From Oopsacas minuta (lineage: Eukaryota; Animalia; Porifera): a stretch of 64,000 nt of DNA. The notes beneath the pieces are model-generated. The model did no database searches, was not told where the DNA came from, and worked only from the letters and a program-made list of their open reading frames with translations. This document shows, piece after piece, positions 46,414 through 58,350 of this stretch; the first letter of the stretch is position 1, and every line of letters begins with the position of its first letter. Where the stretch lies: NCBI GenBank assembly GCA_024704765.1, contig JAKMXF010000330.1, positions 124,001-188,000 on the forward strand. The letters are read 5' to 3'. Position numbers and translations under genes: made by a program.

Positions 46414-48792
46414 TCAAAATAGTCCACTAGTCTTATGAGTAGTTGCAGGATCTTTCAATAAAGCTTTCTTTTTGAACAGCTGGAAGCTACTCTTGCTAGT
46501 AGCATTACTACTTCCACTACCAGGCACATGACGTGTAGATTCACTAGTGTTTCTTATTGATTTAGAGTTATTATCTTCAGAATTGTTAGAATCAGACTCA
46601 GAACTGGTGGAAGAACCTGACCCTGAGCTACTCTCCGAGTCAGAGCTAGAAGAAGACTCACTCAGTCTAGAAGTAGATTTACCAGCTGTACTACCTGATT
46701 GAGTCATACCTGTCTTTAAAGATTTATGACTAGCTAAGCTCTGAGAGGAATTACGCTGTATATCTTGTATCTTTCTTTCTAACTCAGCTTTCTGTCTGGC
46801 CTTCTCAGTCACAGCTAAAGATTTTGAAATCTTCTTTGACTTCTTGAGGCAACTATTTACAAATTTCTCCAATTCTCTCAAAGTAGAAGAGCGTAGTGTT
46901 TCAAAATCAATCTCAATCTCATCGGGACTACTATCCTTGAAACTCATCTCTCTGCTCTGAATGATGTGTACAACTCTGCCTAGTTTATCTCCAGGTAATT
47001 TATTGATGTCAAGTGACAGCTGTCTCTTCTCATCATACGTCATAGATCGGGAATCTTCTTCATCAGAGCTCTCAATGTGTTGCTGTCTTCTGTAACTTCG
47101 AGATTTTGGTTTCTGCTGGCTAGCAACAGGCCGGACAGGTTTTGAGGAACGGATTTTAGCACTAGGCTTCTTAACTCGATCTTTGCGTTTAGCAGGCGCA
47201 GAAGCTGCATCTAGTTTTGTTATCGGGAGAGCTACTTTAGAAATGTGTGCCTCTTGAACTGTGACAGGTTTGGAAGGGGAAGGGGTAGGTTGTTGTTGTG
47301 GGAGTTTAGGAGATTTAGAAGGATGAGCTTTCGTATGTGAAGTAGATTCATTAGCATTAGACGGTTGAGTTTTGTGTTTACCATTATATACCGTAATTTG
47401 ATCCAGTTTTAATTGCTTGTGTACAGATTTAGAGTGAGGTTGTTGGAGAGACAGACTCATACCACAAATACTGTCCGTCAGACGGGTAGCTTCCCTTATC
47501 TTTGATAATTCTCCAGAAATAATCCCCCCGTTACCGTGAGATGCATTACTAACAAGACTCTCGAGACGCTTGAAGGATTTAATTCTTACCTCTTCCGGGT
47601 CAGAATCAATAGCATCACCTGATAGGAACTTCTCAATGGTAGCCTCATCACTAGATATGTCTATGTCACTAGAAGACTCTGATATATAGGATGGTATAAT
47701 GTAAGAACTGTTCTTAGAAGTATCTTCACGATTGTTGGAAGAAATGCTGGGAATTCTGGTAGAAGAACAACCAATCTGTGTGTATTTAGGAGAATTTATA
47801 CCGAGAAAGTGAGGGGAAGATTGTGGTATTTTAGCCCATCTAACTTCAAATATATCTTGTAGTTTGTGAGCTAGCTGTACCACCTGGTTATCAGGAGGAT
47901 TGTACTTGTAGCAATTAGAGAATACTAGTCTGACGTCATTAGCAAAGGCTAGTCCAGTTTTATACTCCCTATTATCCATGTTCTTACGGATTGTTCCTAG
48001 ATCAATTGGCTCCTTTATGATTTCGTAATAATCAGGCAAGCCTAATTCAACTGGGTCAACAGGTTGCCGAAATGGCCAGTTCAGGTCCTTATACTTTTGG
48101 CTTAGCAATTCTTTGAGTATATTGTTACAGTATTTTAGTTGTACATTAAGCTTTGTTTTCTTGTGAGAGAACTGAGGTCCTGTAGAGTAGTCAATCTCTA
48201 GGTTAGGACGTTTGACTTGCCGAGCTGACTCTCTCCTTCTTTTAGTTTTAGAATCTGATTGAATAGGATCATGTGTCTTCTCTGCTGAAGGGGTTGATTC
48301 AGAACGACGTTTAAAACCTCGAGCCTTCTCTTGTAACTTAGATTCTATTTGTAAATCAAGCTTTTCGGGATCATCTACAATATGTTTACTTTGATTCTGC
48401 AATTCAGCTAATGAATCTTCATTAGCTAGCATATACTCCACACGATTCTCAAATGAAGTCTGTAATACTTTACACATATGTACGATATCATCAGTAGGAC
48501 GATTATAAGTAAGACAGTTTGTAAAGACAAGACGACAGTCACGAATACATTCCTCATAATTCTTATAGTAACCGATTTGTAAGCGAGCCCTGATCGTCTG
48601 GAAATCCATAGGCTCAGTAATGATATCAAAATAATCTGGTAGATCTAGGGAACCTGGATCTACAGGTTGTAGAAATGGCCACGCATATTTATGTTGCCAT
48701 AATTTCTTCAATATAGTATTCAATAAATAATCCAACTTACTCACTGTTGGAATGAATGTTTGTTCACTTGATTCTGGTTCAGCAATCTCCAT
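46414..48792 (-). CDS. BET-family bromodomain protein (BD1, BD2, ET; BRD2/3/4-like short form)
   Basis: Two bromodomains ([30 protein letters not shown]...NCYKYNPP) and the ET domain [32 protein letters not shown]...[19 protein letters not shown] further 3' exon cannot be excluded. Confidence 0.92.
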   Translation of the reverse strand: MEIAEPESSEQTFIPTVSKLDYLLNTILKKLWQHKYAWPFLQPVDPGSLDLPDYFDIITEPMDFQTIRARLQIGYYKNYEECIRDCRLVFTNCLTYNRPTDDIVHMCKVLQTSFENRVEYMLANEDSLAELQNQSKHIVDDPEKLDLQIESKLQEKARGFKRRSESTPSAEKTHDPIQSDSKTKRRRESARQVKRPNLEIDYSTGPQFSHKKTKLNVQLKYCNNILKELLSQKYKDLNWPFRQPVDPVELGLPDYYEIIKEPIDLGTIRKNMDNREYKTGLAFANDVRLVFSNCYKYNPPDNQVVQLAHKLQDIFEVRWAKIPQSSPHFLGINSPKYTQIGCSSTRIPSISSNNREDTSKNSSYIIPSYISESSSDIDISSDEATIEKFLSGDAIDSDPEEVRIKSFKRLESLVSNASHGNGGIISGELSKIREATRLTDSICGMSLSLQQPHSKSVHKQLKLDQITVYNGKHKTQPSNANESTSHTKAHPSKSPKLPQQQPTPSPSKPVTVQEAHISKVALPITKLDAASAPAKRKDRVKKPSAKIRSSKPVRPVASQQKPKSRSYRRQQHIESSDEEDSRSMTYDEKRQLSLDINKLPGDKLGRVVHIIQSREMSFKDSSPDEIEIDFETLRSSTLRELEKFVNSCLKKSKKISKSLAVTEKARQKAELERKIQDIQRNSSQSLASHKSLKTGMTQSGSTAGKSTSRLSESSSSSDSESSSGSGSSTSSESDSNNSEDNNSKSIRNTSESTRHVPGSGSSNATSKSSFQLFKKKALLKDPATTHKTSGLF

Positions 48793-49859
48793 TTTGGACT
48801 ACAATGCAGAATTATACAAAATTACTATAATTACCCCCGTAATACACATGAAAATAATCATAAATTGTATGTGACAACACTGAAGCAATAATATATTAGT
48901 TTGAGTGTAGTTTTGCAATAAACTATATCATAGTAAAATCTTTTAAATGCTATCCCACCATTCACGATATAACTTTGCTTTGCTGCACTCTGTATGTTCT
49001 ATGTTGGGTGTTGGTTGCAACTTGTTACATGCACCATTGAATTGAAATAAAGCACATTCAATTTTTATACAACAAAATTAGAATCATGCAACATCCCGTC
49101 GTTGCATTGTATCGTATTTTTGGATGTAAGTAATATCAAACTTTCATCGTGTATGATGGTCTTAACACATTGGTCCCAAATGAAGTGTCCGAAGGTCAGA
49201 CCCGCATTCGAACATCCGCCGTGCCCCACCACGTTCGTTCTATAGAGCCTAAATTTTGGGGGTACTGAAGCATGCGACACTGATTGGGGAATCTTAGGTC
49301 GCATTGCACCCTTCCCTGTATCCTAAGTTCGTATTTTTTCTCCACCAAAATGCAAATCATGAAAAAAGATTGCAGTATATTACTTCAGGTATTAGCCTTT
49401 TAGAATATAATTTTGCATCTCATTTCATAATAGTAATAATTCCACCAGCTATCAAACCCACTATAAATTCACTGCTTAGAAACGATTGGTTTATATAATT
49501 ATCCCAGGTATGACCCTCATTAGGTCCGCTCCAACTCGGGAGCTATGTTAACATAATTGGTATTAGGAGAAGAACAGCAACAAGGTTGCTATAATTCGTC
49601 TACTAACCAAGAATACTGTAAACATACTATATATTCTGAATCATCGAGTGCGAGATCAGTTCAAGAGAAGAATTACACTAAATACACTTACTCAGTAACA
49701 ATAATCATTCTAAGCTAACACACAACAATAATTAATTATCAAGGAAACAAACTGTACTGACCACTCTACCCTGATATTTCTACCAAAGAGCTCAATTTAA
49801 ATACACAAGTGATCGGTTTGAATTGTAGGTAGCCCCGCCCACTGACCACATAGATAAAT

Positions 49860-52800
49860 TCAGTTCTTAGAAGGAGGGCAGAGCCGAGCAAGCAATCTCT
49901 CTGCCATTGTTTTAGCGTATTTTAGCCGTGTTTGAATATCCTTGGTACATCCGTATTTCTCAATAGAACTGAATTTGAACGTTCTAAAGTTCTTAGATTC
50001 GTCTATATAAGAAATAGCTTGCATGAGAGGACAAATAATAACTTTAGTGTGATCTGAAAAGAAATTAATCTGCATAATTCCATTACTGAGATGTAAGACT
50101 ATAGCAGAACGAGTCCTGAACCAATGTCGCATGTGTGGAAGACGAGTACCATCTTCTATCTCTCTTTCTCCCATCTCTCCACCTGCCTTCAACAGGTGTT
50201 CACTCATGTAGGAACGGAAATAATTCAATAATACTACTTTCTTGTTATGTTCTTCTGGGTAGTTAGTAATCGTATGGAACTCTTCTGTCTCGTTCTTATC
50301 AATATACTGCATACTCTGTCCATCAGGCCCTAGCAGAATCCTTGTCTGATCATTGAACAGTACTCCCACTGAATCATCACACAGCTGATATCCTAGTCCA
50401 TACTTGTCTGAGTAGTCTACCCACTTACTTACCCAGAATACAGGTGTACTAGCTGGATCTTCTGCTTCATCGTGTCTAGCAGCAGCCTTCAAGAGAGGGT
50501 TTGAATTTATAACAGATGTTATTTGACTGATAAGCGTGTTCAGATGCCAGTCTAACGGCTCCACCATTGATAGGTTCACTTTAGGACAGAGTTTGTGTTC
50601 CTCTCTGACAGCTCCTGTCTCTGATTTGACAGCTTCTGGTTTCCTAATTGCTTCACTAGGTACATTCTTCTCAGCTAGAGGTTTCCTATAAACAAACACA
50701 GTAGTCCCAAAAAAGAATAAATCTATCAAATGAGTTAGGATAATCGAGGTTGTACTCTTCACAACCCAGTACAGCTCCTGCTTCTTAGCAGTAATTAATA
50801 GATTAGTGTTCGGGTAAGTGAAATAAGTATGTTACTATGTATTTAGATAATGTTATATGAGGTACTCCTGGAAAACTTAGAATCCGTAAATGGACATATT
50901 TGACAGTATTAAACACAGTATTGATCTAACATCAATCCATAACAAATTCTCAAATCTATTTTAGGTCCAAAGTTGTGATATAAAATCATAAAAATTTATA
51001 GTGTTCACACTATTCTCATAATACAGGTTCAGATTAACGAGAATTCGCTTAGAAAGACAAACATCATAAATTTTAGATCAGTACAAAATACTGTATAATT
51101 AAGTGAGAAACGAATATATCAAATGCCATTAAAATGAAAGATCAAGTACGCGGGTTAAGTGCTCTACTTAATCGATTAGCAGAAGTGCTGACAGGAATAG
51201 AACTCTTGGATCTCTCACTTAGTTTAGGAATGTAAGTAGGTTTGCTCCCAACAACAAATCTAGGAATATCTTTAACTGCAGTTCTCTCTGGAGTCTGTAC
51301 AGTATCTACCTCAGTGAACTGTCCAGCTGTTCCACTCCCTCTGGCACAAGTAAGGTCACCTCTATACAGCTGTGTGAAGTCAGTACCATTAACAGTAGGC
51401 TCATGGTACGGCAAGTTACAATGGTCAGTAGTTCTAGAGCTGAATTTTTTACAAGTAGGAGGACTCTGAAGAGTTTTCTTACGCAGTCTTGCAGGGAATG
51501 GAATCTTGCTTGCTTTTGATACAGTATTGAAACTATTCTTATCTGGGTTTCTCGGGAAATCTCCTATACCATTGTGTTTAGTGTATGGTGACGTCATGAG
51601 GTAGTAAGAACTAGCTTGAGATCCTGCTTGTTCATCTTCAATCAGGTTTCTTATCTCTTCAAGAGCACTATCCTTCTCTCTGATTATCATAAGAAGCTCC
51701 TCTTCATTGTGTGATATTTTAAGACGCATTCTAGATTCCCATTTAGCCTTCTCATGGTATAGAATATCTTGTAACACACACTTAAATCTCTCTCCACACT
51801 GTTTCTCTTCTTCAAATCTCTGTTCAGCTGCCTGCAGGTCTAGCTCTAGATCTTTCTTAGCTTGTAAATACGTATCAGTTGTTTTTCTCAGCTGATCATT
51901 CCTCTTCTGCAGATTCCTAACTCTTTCGTTCACTAACTTAATCTCTTCTTCCTTCCCATCTAACTCAGTAGTGTATTTAGTGTTAGATAATCTCAGCTGA
52001 TCTCTCTCCTCCTCAATAGCTACTAACATCTGTCTGAACATAGTCTGTTTCTTATTCACAGCTTCTTTCAATCTTCCTCGCATAGTAGACCTATCTCTGA
52101 GCAGCTTAATAAACTCCTGTATGCTTAGCTCTCTCATCAAATACTTATCAATATCAGGAGCAAGAGGAGGGAGAGCTACGGAGAAGGGATGCTTAACTGG
52201 TTCTCTCCCTATAGCTAAATCTAGAGTAGCTATAGCTTCTTCTTCAGCTAGTTTCATCTTCCTCTCCTCCTCCAGCTGCTGGAGAGAACTCTTGTAGACG
52301 AGATTAGCTCGTCTCCTCCCAACTGAGAAGGTTATATCCTGTTTAGGAGCTTCACTCCTCTCTACACTAACAGACTGTGTTAATTCAGAGAACTTCATGA
52401 CGTATGTCATCTCTTCGTAATCTTCATTCCTGGGATTCAAGCAGATTATCATTCGTACTTTGCCTTCTCCTTCAAAGAAGTTCTTGAATAGATGAGTCAG
52501 TCTAGAATCTCTATAAGGTACCAATTTGTTACATCCTTGAGTCTGATTGTCTCTGAGAGTCTCAATACAAGTCCTCAACACCATGAGAGATGAGTTTATA
52601 CTCCCAGCCTCTCTCAGCTGAGTACCACCTGACTTGGTACGAGATGTCCTCTCAGATCCAGCTAGGTCTACTAGAGACAGCTGGGATACCACAATCCTGC
52701 TCTTATCCTGGAGTACCTCCTCTCCGTTAGAGTCTAGTGGTGACTGTACTAGTCTTATATTGAATATAGCATGAGATCTGCTGCTGGTATGGTTTAGATT

Positions 52801-55764
52801 GGTTTGAGATTGTCTCCTCATTTTATGACCACGTCCTAACAGAGCATATGCTTCATTAGCAGTCCTTGTTTCAATCTCTATACCCCCTCCCACATACAGA
52901 TTGTGTCTTGTGTCCTCTCTCATATTCTTAGCTTGAGGACCTCTATGAGCTCGTAGTGCTAACAAACTTTGTGGGGCGTCAGAGGTGTCATCCAGGAGGT
53001 CATACACATAATTATTGTATATTTCAAAATAGGAGATGAATACAGAGTAGCTGTTGTCCTCTACAATCCCCTGGACCAGGGATTGGTCTGTTATCCTGGA
53101 GCTGTCAGGAGAAGAGCTATCATCCCCCTGTGTGTCATCAGTAGACTTATTCTTATTTTTCTTCTTTGATTTTGGCTTTTTAATAGCATCTTGATGAGCT
53201 CTAGCATTAGCTTCAGTATGTACTGTAAACCAGTTAGATTTGTCTGGTCTGAATACAAAAGGCTTAGCTAGTAGATCTCCTATACTGTTGAATATGATGT
53301 CAAGGGTACGTGGGAGGATCCCACCATCCTCAGGGGTTCCATTAATTGTGTGTGTCTTGCCAGAATTAGTGATACCGTAAGCAAACAGGAGGCCATTCTT
53401 ACCGTGCAGGAGATCATGCACGAGTGGGAGAGACAGCTGATTAAATACGTCTTTCTGAGTACAATCTGAATTGTAAACCTTTTTGAACGTGTGTTGTGTA
53501 GCAGTACGGTTAGCACTACGAGACACGGAGACAGTACCAGGTGGACACAGCTGTATAACTTCGTCTGAGATCTGTTCCACACAGCTCTTCTCGTGTAGCT
53601 CTCCCATAGGTCTTAATCTACAGAACACTTCTACGGGATCACGTGCATTCTTACCCCGTAATGATCTGGTGCGAGAGCTGTTCTTACGAGTTATTTTAAC
53701 AAGCGTAGCACTAGAGGGAGCTGGAGGCTTTTGATCTTGCAATTTGAAGGACATCTTCGAACTGAATCGCATTAGCAAACGACAAAGCAAAATGATAATA
53801 TTTATAGGCTTGTGAAGGAACGCAATAGAAATTCGCAAATCCTAAGAAGCTATTTGCGATCACAAGAGACGAGCACTTTATGTCTGCGGACTGGTAACCT
53901 CTTGAACGCATACACAAGTGGAATATTATCGCTTTGAAGGTACGGGGTACAACAAGAGACGAGAGGGCTTCTTCTCTGTGTTTGTGCGATCTTTAGAAAG
54001 AGGGTTTCGCAGGTGATTCAAATAATTTCCAATTCAGCGAATTAGAAATCTGAATTATACCAAATATGTCGAACAAACAATCTCTCCACTAACAGCAAAA
54101 CGGTAAACAGTTATTATCACTGATTACTATAGCATACTAAATAATATTAACTTAACAACAGTATTATGTCTATTGTAAGTGTTTAATCTGTACATTGTGT
54201 GTAATAGATTGATATAGCTTCTGACAGATGAAGTGGTCTTCTCAGATATACGTGCTTTGTTGTCAGACAGATTGAAATTGGATGAGTAATGGAGTATAAG
54301 TGTTTGGAAATACAATAATTCTACCATTATAATCAACAACAGGTATATATACCTGCAATTATGTACTCAACTGATTTACGTAAATTCTTTCGATAAATAG
54401 GTAACAGAAGAAGGCTGAAATAAGTCATAGATTGTTGTGATATGTATATACAATTCTGGCCCAGTAGACCCTCAAAATGTTGTATAAATTCATGTATAAA
54501 TAGATTCCTGATATCCTGACGATGTGATTTATGCAACTCTATTAACCATGGATACACAACTAAAAAGTGCTTCCACGAGTCTGTAAATTACATTAGCACT
54601 TATGCGATTTAAATTATTTCACTTTTCACTTATCCGAACACAAACCTCAGAAATATCATACTAAGGAACTGATAACTGAATATGTATAAAAGTAGATATA
54701 ACTAACCTGACAGGTGGTAGAGGAGCCTCTTGTAGTGGAGACAAATCCTGTGTATGAGTATCTGTACCAATCATAGAGAATCTCTCCTGCTTGAAGTATG
54801 GAGCTGTGGTCAGACAAGAGATAGGGAGACGAGTGGGACAGTATCCTGTGGTTAGAAAGGGGTCATTTAGAGACTGCTGAGCTGTAGGCCTTAGGTTAGG
54901 ATCCTGTACAAGGAGTTTGTCTATCATAATCTTAGCGTTCTTTGTTATGTGAGAGGGAACATAATACTCTCCACGTTTGATACGTTTATATGTCTCTGAG
55001 AGAGAGCTAGTTTCGAAGGGAGGCTTACCGCATAGAAGAGTGAAAAGAATGCATCCTAGAGACCACATATCCACCTCATAACTGTGTCCTTTCTTCCCCA
55101 ACACCTCAGGAGCTATATAGTTAGGAGTTCCACATAGTGTCTTTTTCCGCTCTCCGTCAAAATCCACCCGAGTAGCAAGTCCGAAGTCTCCTATCTTCAG
55201 CTCCATCAGATCGTTTAGAAACAAGTTGCCTAACTTCAGGTCCCGATGTATAACCTTATTCGTGTGTAAATACACTACAGCATCTAATAATTGTCTCATG
55301 TAGTACCGGACCTCAGGTTCTGTCAAATCCTTCCTACGTTTATGTAGCTCCATCAGAGATCTTCTCCTACACAGCTCTAACAGGATGTATACATTAGTGT
55401 CATCCTCAAAATATCCTCGAAAGTCAACTACATGACGATGTCGCATTTGTCGCTGAATATCAATCTCCATTGCCATCTTAGCTTTCTGATGATCTTTCAC
55501 TAACAGAGATTTGGGTACGATCTTACCAGCCAGTACCTCCTTATTCTTAGTATCTGTGCCTGGATCTTTCTCTGTCATCTCGAAGCATTTTGCAAATCCT
55601 CCCTTACCAAGAAACTTCCCTTTCAGGTACTGCTTCTTGTTCATATTGTCAATGATTATTTCCTCTGGGATTCCTCTGGACACAGGGGCGAGGTTACTCA
55701 TAGAAGATGAGGGTTTGGGACCAGACATGGGGTCTTTATGTCCGCGGGAGATAGCTGTGCTCAT
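49860..55764 (-). CDS. PLK1: Polo-like kinase 1, 2 exons: 55764-54707 (kinase) and 50685-49860 (polo boxes)
   Basis: Kinase [39 protein letters not shown]; polo box [32 protein letters not shown]. The phase-2 junction AG|gttagt ... ttatag|G gives [11 protein letters not shown] and a 627-aa product. Confidence 0.9.
51142..53754 (-). CDS. KIF23: Kinesin-6 MKLP1 (centralspindlin motor), single exon, nested in the PLK1 intron
   Basis: [65 protein letters not shown], coiled coil, tail [20 protein letters not shown]. Start at MSFKL (53754) or MRFSS (53772). Confidence 0.88.
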   Translation of the reverse strand: MSFKLQDQKPPAPSSATLVKITRKNSSRTRSLRGKNARDPVEVFCRLRPMGELHEKSCVEQISDEVIQLCPPGTVSVSRSANRTATQHTFKKVYNSDCTQKDVFNQLSLPLVHDLLHGKNGLLFAYGITNSGKTHTINGTPEDGGILPRTLDIIFNSIGDLLAKPFVFRPDKSNWFTVHTEANARAHQDAIKKPKSKKKNKNKSTDDTQGDDSSSPDSSRITDQSLVQGIVEDNSYSVFISYFEIYNNYVYDLLDDTSDAPQSLLALRAHRGPQAKNMREDTRHNLYVGGGIEIETRTANEAYALLGRGHKMRRQSQTNLNHTSSRSHAIFNIRLVQSPLDSNGEEVLQDKSRIVVSQLSLVDLAGSERTSRTKSGGTQLREAGSINSSLMVLRTCIETLRDNQTQGCNKLVPYRDSRLTHLFKNFFEGEGKVRMIICLNPRNEDYEEMTYVMKFSELTQSVSVERSEAPKQDITFSVGRRRANLVYKSSLQQLEEERKMKLAEEEAIATLDLAIGREPVKHPFSVALPPLAPDIDKYLMRELSIQEFIKLLRDRSTMRGRLKEAVNKKQTMFRQMLVAIEEERDQLRLSNTKYTTELDGKEEEIKLVNERVRNLQKRNDQLRKTTDTYLQAKKDLELDLQAAEQRFEEEKQCGERFKCVLQDILYHEKAKWESRMRLKISHNEEELLMIIREKDSALEEIRNLIEDEQAGSQASSYYLMTSPYTKHNGIGDFPRNPDKNSFNTVSKASKIPFPARLRKKTLQSPPTCKKFSSRTTDHCNLPYHEPTVNGTDFTQLYRGDLTCARGSGTAGQFTEVDTVQTPERTAVKDIPRFVVGSKPTYIPKLSERSKSSIPVSTSANRLSRALNPRT

Positions 55765-56361
55765 TACCTGCTATGTCTGAATAAAGTAGCATAAATTGCA
55801 ACAGGTAATTGAAGAATAAGAGCTGTGGAAGTGGCAGAATTATAATACATCGTGTCGCGAATAGATTAAATTAGAATTACTGGTAGTTTAGAAATAATTT
55901 TAAATGAATTTTACTCAAAATCTCTTTTTGGTAGAGTAAAAGTAATAATTATGGCAGTAAAGTTATATCAGCCTACAGTTATACTGAATAGATTGAGTCT
56001 GAGCTTAATCCTTGCAGAAGTAATGTAATGGGCACTCAGACACGGTCAGTTACTAATGCAGACTCAATCTAAACACTAAAGCAATCAGAATAGTACTATA
56101 GTCAGAGAATATTGTAGTATGGAAATTTCCTTCAGAAAGAATTCTAAAAATATAACAACGAGAACTTCGCGGTAACATTCAACAAAAAATTCGACATCAA
56201 CAGATACAAGTTACATACCATTCCATAATGATAAATCTTCGTCTGATTATATTTCAGAATATTACAAATATATAAAGTGCCTACCTCTAGACATTAGAAT
56301 ATCAAACCTGAAAACCTATAGCCTAAATATGACATATGGGTCCTTCAGTTCCTGACTATTA

Positions 56362-57381
56362 CTAGAATCTAAGGTCGTAACTAAGTAAACTCTCAGCTAT
56401 CCGCTCAGACAGAGATAGAATTCGGAAGGGAGGATGTTTGGCAATATCGTCAGAGGTTGGGAGAGAGTCTGTTATCCAGAAATTATCAAATTTAATCTCA
56501 CATTTATCAGGAAGAAACCTCTTCCATGAATCATTAGGGAATATTGCATGCGTGACGTATAGACTTATAGTGACAGCTCCGTTCTTAAGAAGTCCCTTAG
56601 AACATTCAATAAGTGTACCTCCTGTCATAACAAGATCATCTACAATAACAACATGTCTACCTGTAGGATCACCTTCTGTTACTGTTACAATTCTATGATT
56701 CCCCTCTCTGACTTTTGTACAAGTGATGATTGGCCAGTCTATCAGCTGATGACCGAATCTCTTCAGAGCACCTTCATCAGGGAATGCAATAGATATCTTG
56801 CCTCTATCTGCCCTGCTAGAGAGCACCTGGTTGAGGAGAGGTATAGCAGTCTCCAACCGGGGAATAACATTATCACTGAAATAAAACCGCTCCTGTAACG
56901 CATGTATATCAAATATTACTATCTGAGGGGGACCACGAGTAGTGAGAGGAATAGCTGAGAGGAGGGAGGCTAGCACCTTAGCAGTAGCGATCTGTCCCTC
57001 TTTATCTATACGCTCCATTGTACCAGTTGTGAACAGGGGTAATATAACTACGAATGAATTAGCTAGATACTTAGGCATGGAGTATAGGATAGACAGCTGT
57101 TCAAACATAGCGTCTGGAGTATGGAAACTTGCTAAGAAGAGTACGTCACGACCCTTTACCTTATCTACATTATTTATGAATAGTTTAGGCCAGCCATCTG
57201 AGAACTTCTCCCACTTTATGTCATCCATGAGTCTTACTGACCGGTACCTAATTCCCGGCTTTTCAGGTGTCAGATACTTCTCCTTTAGTACCTCCATTAG
57301 CTTCATTGCTAACCCACGCATTGATACGTGGAAGTAGAGTAACACGTCATTCATCAGAGACTGGTAGTCCAGGGAAGCCAT
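56362..57381 (-). CDS. Class II (plant PRS3/PRS4-type) ribose-phosphate pyrophosphokinase
   Basis: WEKFSDGWPKLFINN, FLASF, TGTMERIDKEGQIATA, DIHALQERFYF, AFPDEGALKRF, CTKVREG, VIVDDLVMTGGTLIEC, YVTHAIFP, FWITDS. These are class II motifs rather than the PRPS1-type PYARQD. Confidence 0.88.
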   Translation of the reverse strand: MASLDYQSLMNDVLLYFHVSMRGLAMKLMEVLKEKYLTPEKPGIRYRSVRLMDDIKWEKFSDGWPKLFINNVDKVKGRDVLFLASFHTPDAMFEQLSILYSMPKYLANSFVVILPLFTTGTMERIDKEGQIATAKVLASLLSAIPLTTRGPPQIVIFDIHALQERFYFSDNVIPRLETAIPLLNQVLSSRADRGKISIAFPDEGALKRFGHQLIDWPIITCTKVREGNHRIVTVTEGDPTGRHVVIVDDLVMTGGTLIECSKGLLKNGAVTISLYVTHAIFPNDSWKRFLPDKCEIKFDNFWITDSLPTSDDIAKHPPFRILSLSERIAESLLSYDLRF

Positions 57382-57999
57382 ACTGGTTTAGCTAATTTAT
57401 GATTATGATAAATAGTTAGCCTATGATTACGTAATGCGAATATAGAAAAATGGGTTAGGACACCCTTGTAATATTTCTTTTGGATAGTGTCTGTGACACG
57501 CATGGAGTAATACAGGCTACTCTGTAGAATTGGCAGCTGTAAATGTGTCACAAGAATCAGTTGAACTTTTGCACTAGAAACTTTTCATAATAGAAACTAA
57601 ATATTATTTTCATGAGAATAGAGGATGTCATAGGTCAGATGGGTTCAACAGACTAATTAGTTCCAGTTATAACTGATTCCTTTTAATATTTGTGTAGGAT
57701 AGCACTGTCAAGAGAATACCGTATTTCCCTGAATAAGCGCCAGGACCTAGAAAATAGCTCCAAAATTTTATAACCAACCTTTAGAAGAAAAAGTTTGTTA
57801 AATTACGTCACAGATGTAAGGGTTTGTTTGGGGGGGGGCTCCCCAAAATATCCAATTGTGATAAAATGTCTGGAGGGGCTCTCAAATTGAGGGGGGTGGC
57901 CCCCCTAAATTTGAAATTTGTATGATCTTATTGGGCCCCACCATGTCTGGGGGGACAATGAGTTTGAATTTCGACAGTCCTTGATCATGAACAGAGGGG

Positions 58000-58035
58000 C
58001 ACAGTGGGCATTTTTGAGGGGTGAAATGGAAATAG
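58000..58035 (+). repeat. 3' TIR of the Transib: heptamer, 20-nt spacer, TGGAAATAG
   Basis: CACAGTG GGCATTTTTGAGGGGTGAAA TGGAAATAG, read directly. Confidence 0.9.
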
Positions 58036-58350
58036 AAAACCATGCAAGATAGAGATATATAATGCATTATTAGCCAATAGGAAATTACCTCTGAGAAAAT
58101 GATTTCTGCATAAAAAAAAATCTAGGTCATCTCATTAAAAAGTTATGACGACATTGACACCTCTCATATTATCATAAATTATAGTTTTTGAGCTTAAAAT
58201 TCAGTTACTAGACGCGATAGAAAGCTTATTTTGGATCATAGACACACATTTAACATACCCACATTTTAATAGTATCTTATGCTTCCATCTATTTCAATCA
58301 TTATTTATTAGCAAGTTTATTGTGAGAAAAGAATTTCTTGGTCTGGAGGT

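Noticed and set aside
49190-49300. GC-richer patch with an Sm-site-like AATTTTGG, considered as an snRNA or SL RNA gene
   Set aside because: No recognisable U1/U2/U4/U5/U6 motifs; a covariance-model search would be needed.
53930-54025. TTTGAA (CHR-like) cell-cycle promoter elements upstream of KIF23
   Set aside because: The hexamer is common by chance in AT-rich DNA.
58033-58041. TAGAAAACC resembling the RSS nonamer ACAAAAACC in the 3' TIR
   Set aside because: Only a 6/9 match, 26 nt from the heptamer, with no counterpart at the other end; the TGGAAATAG box is the shared signal.
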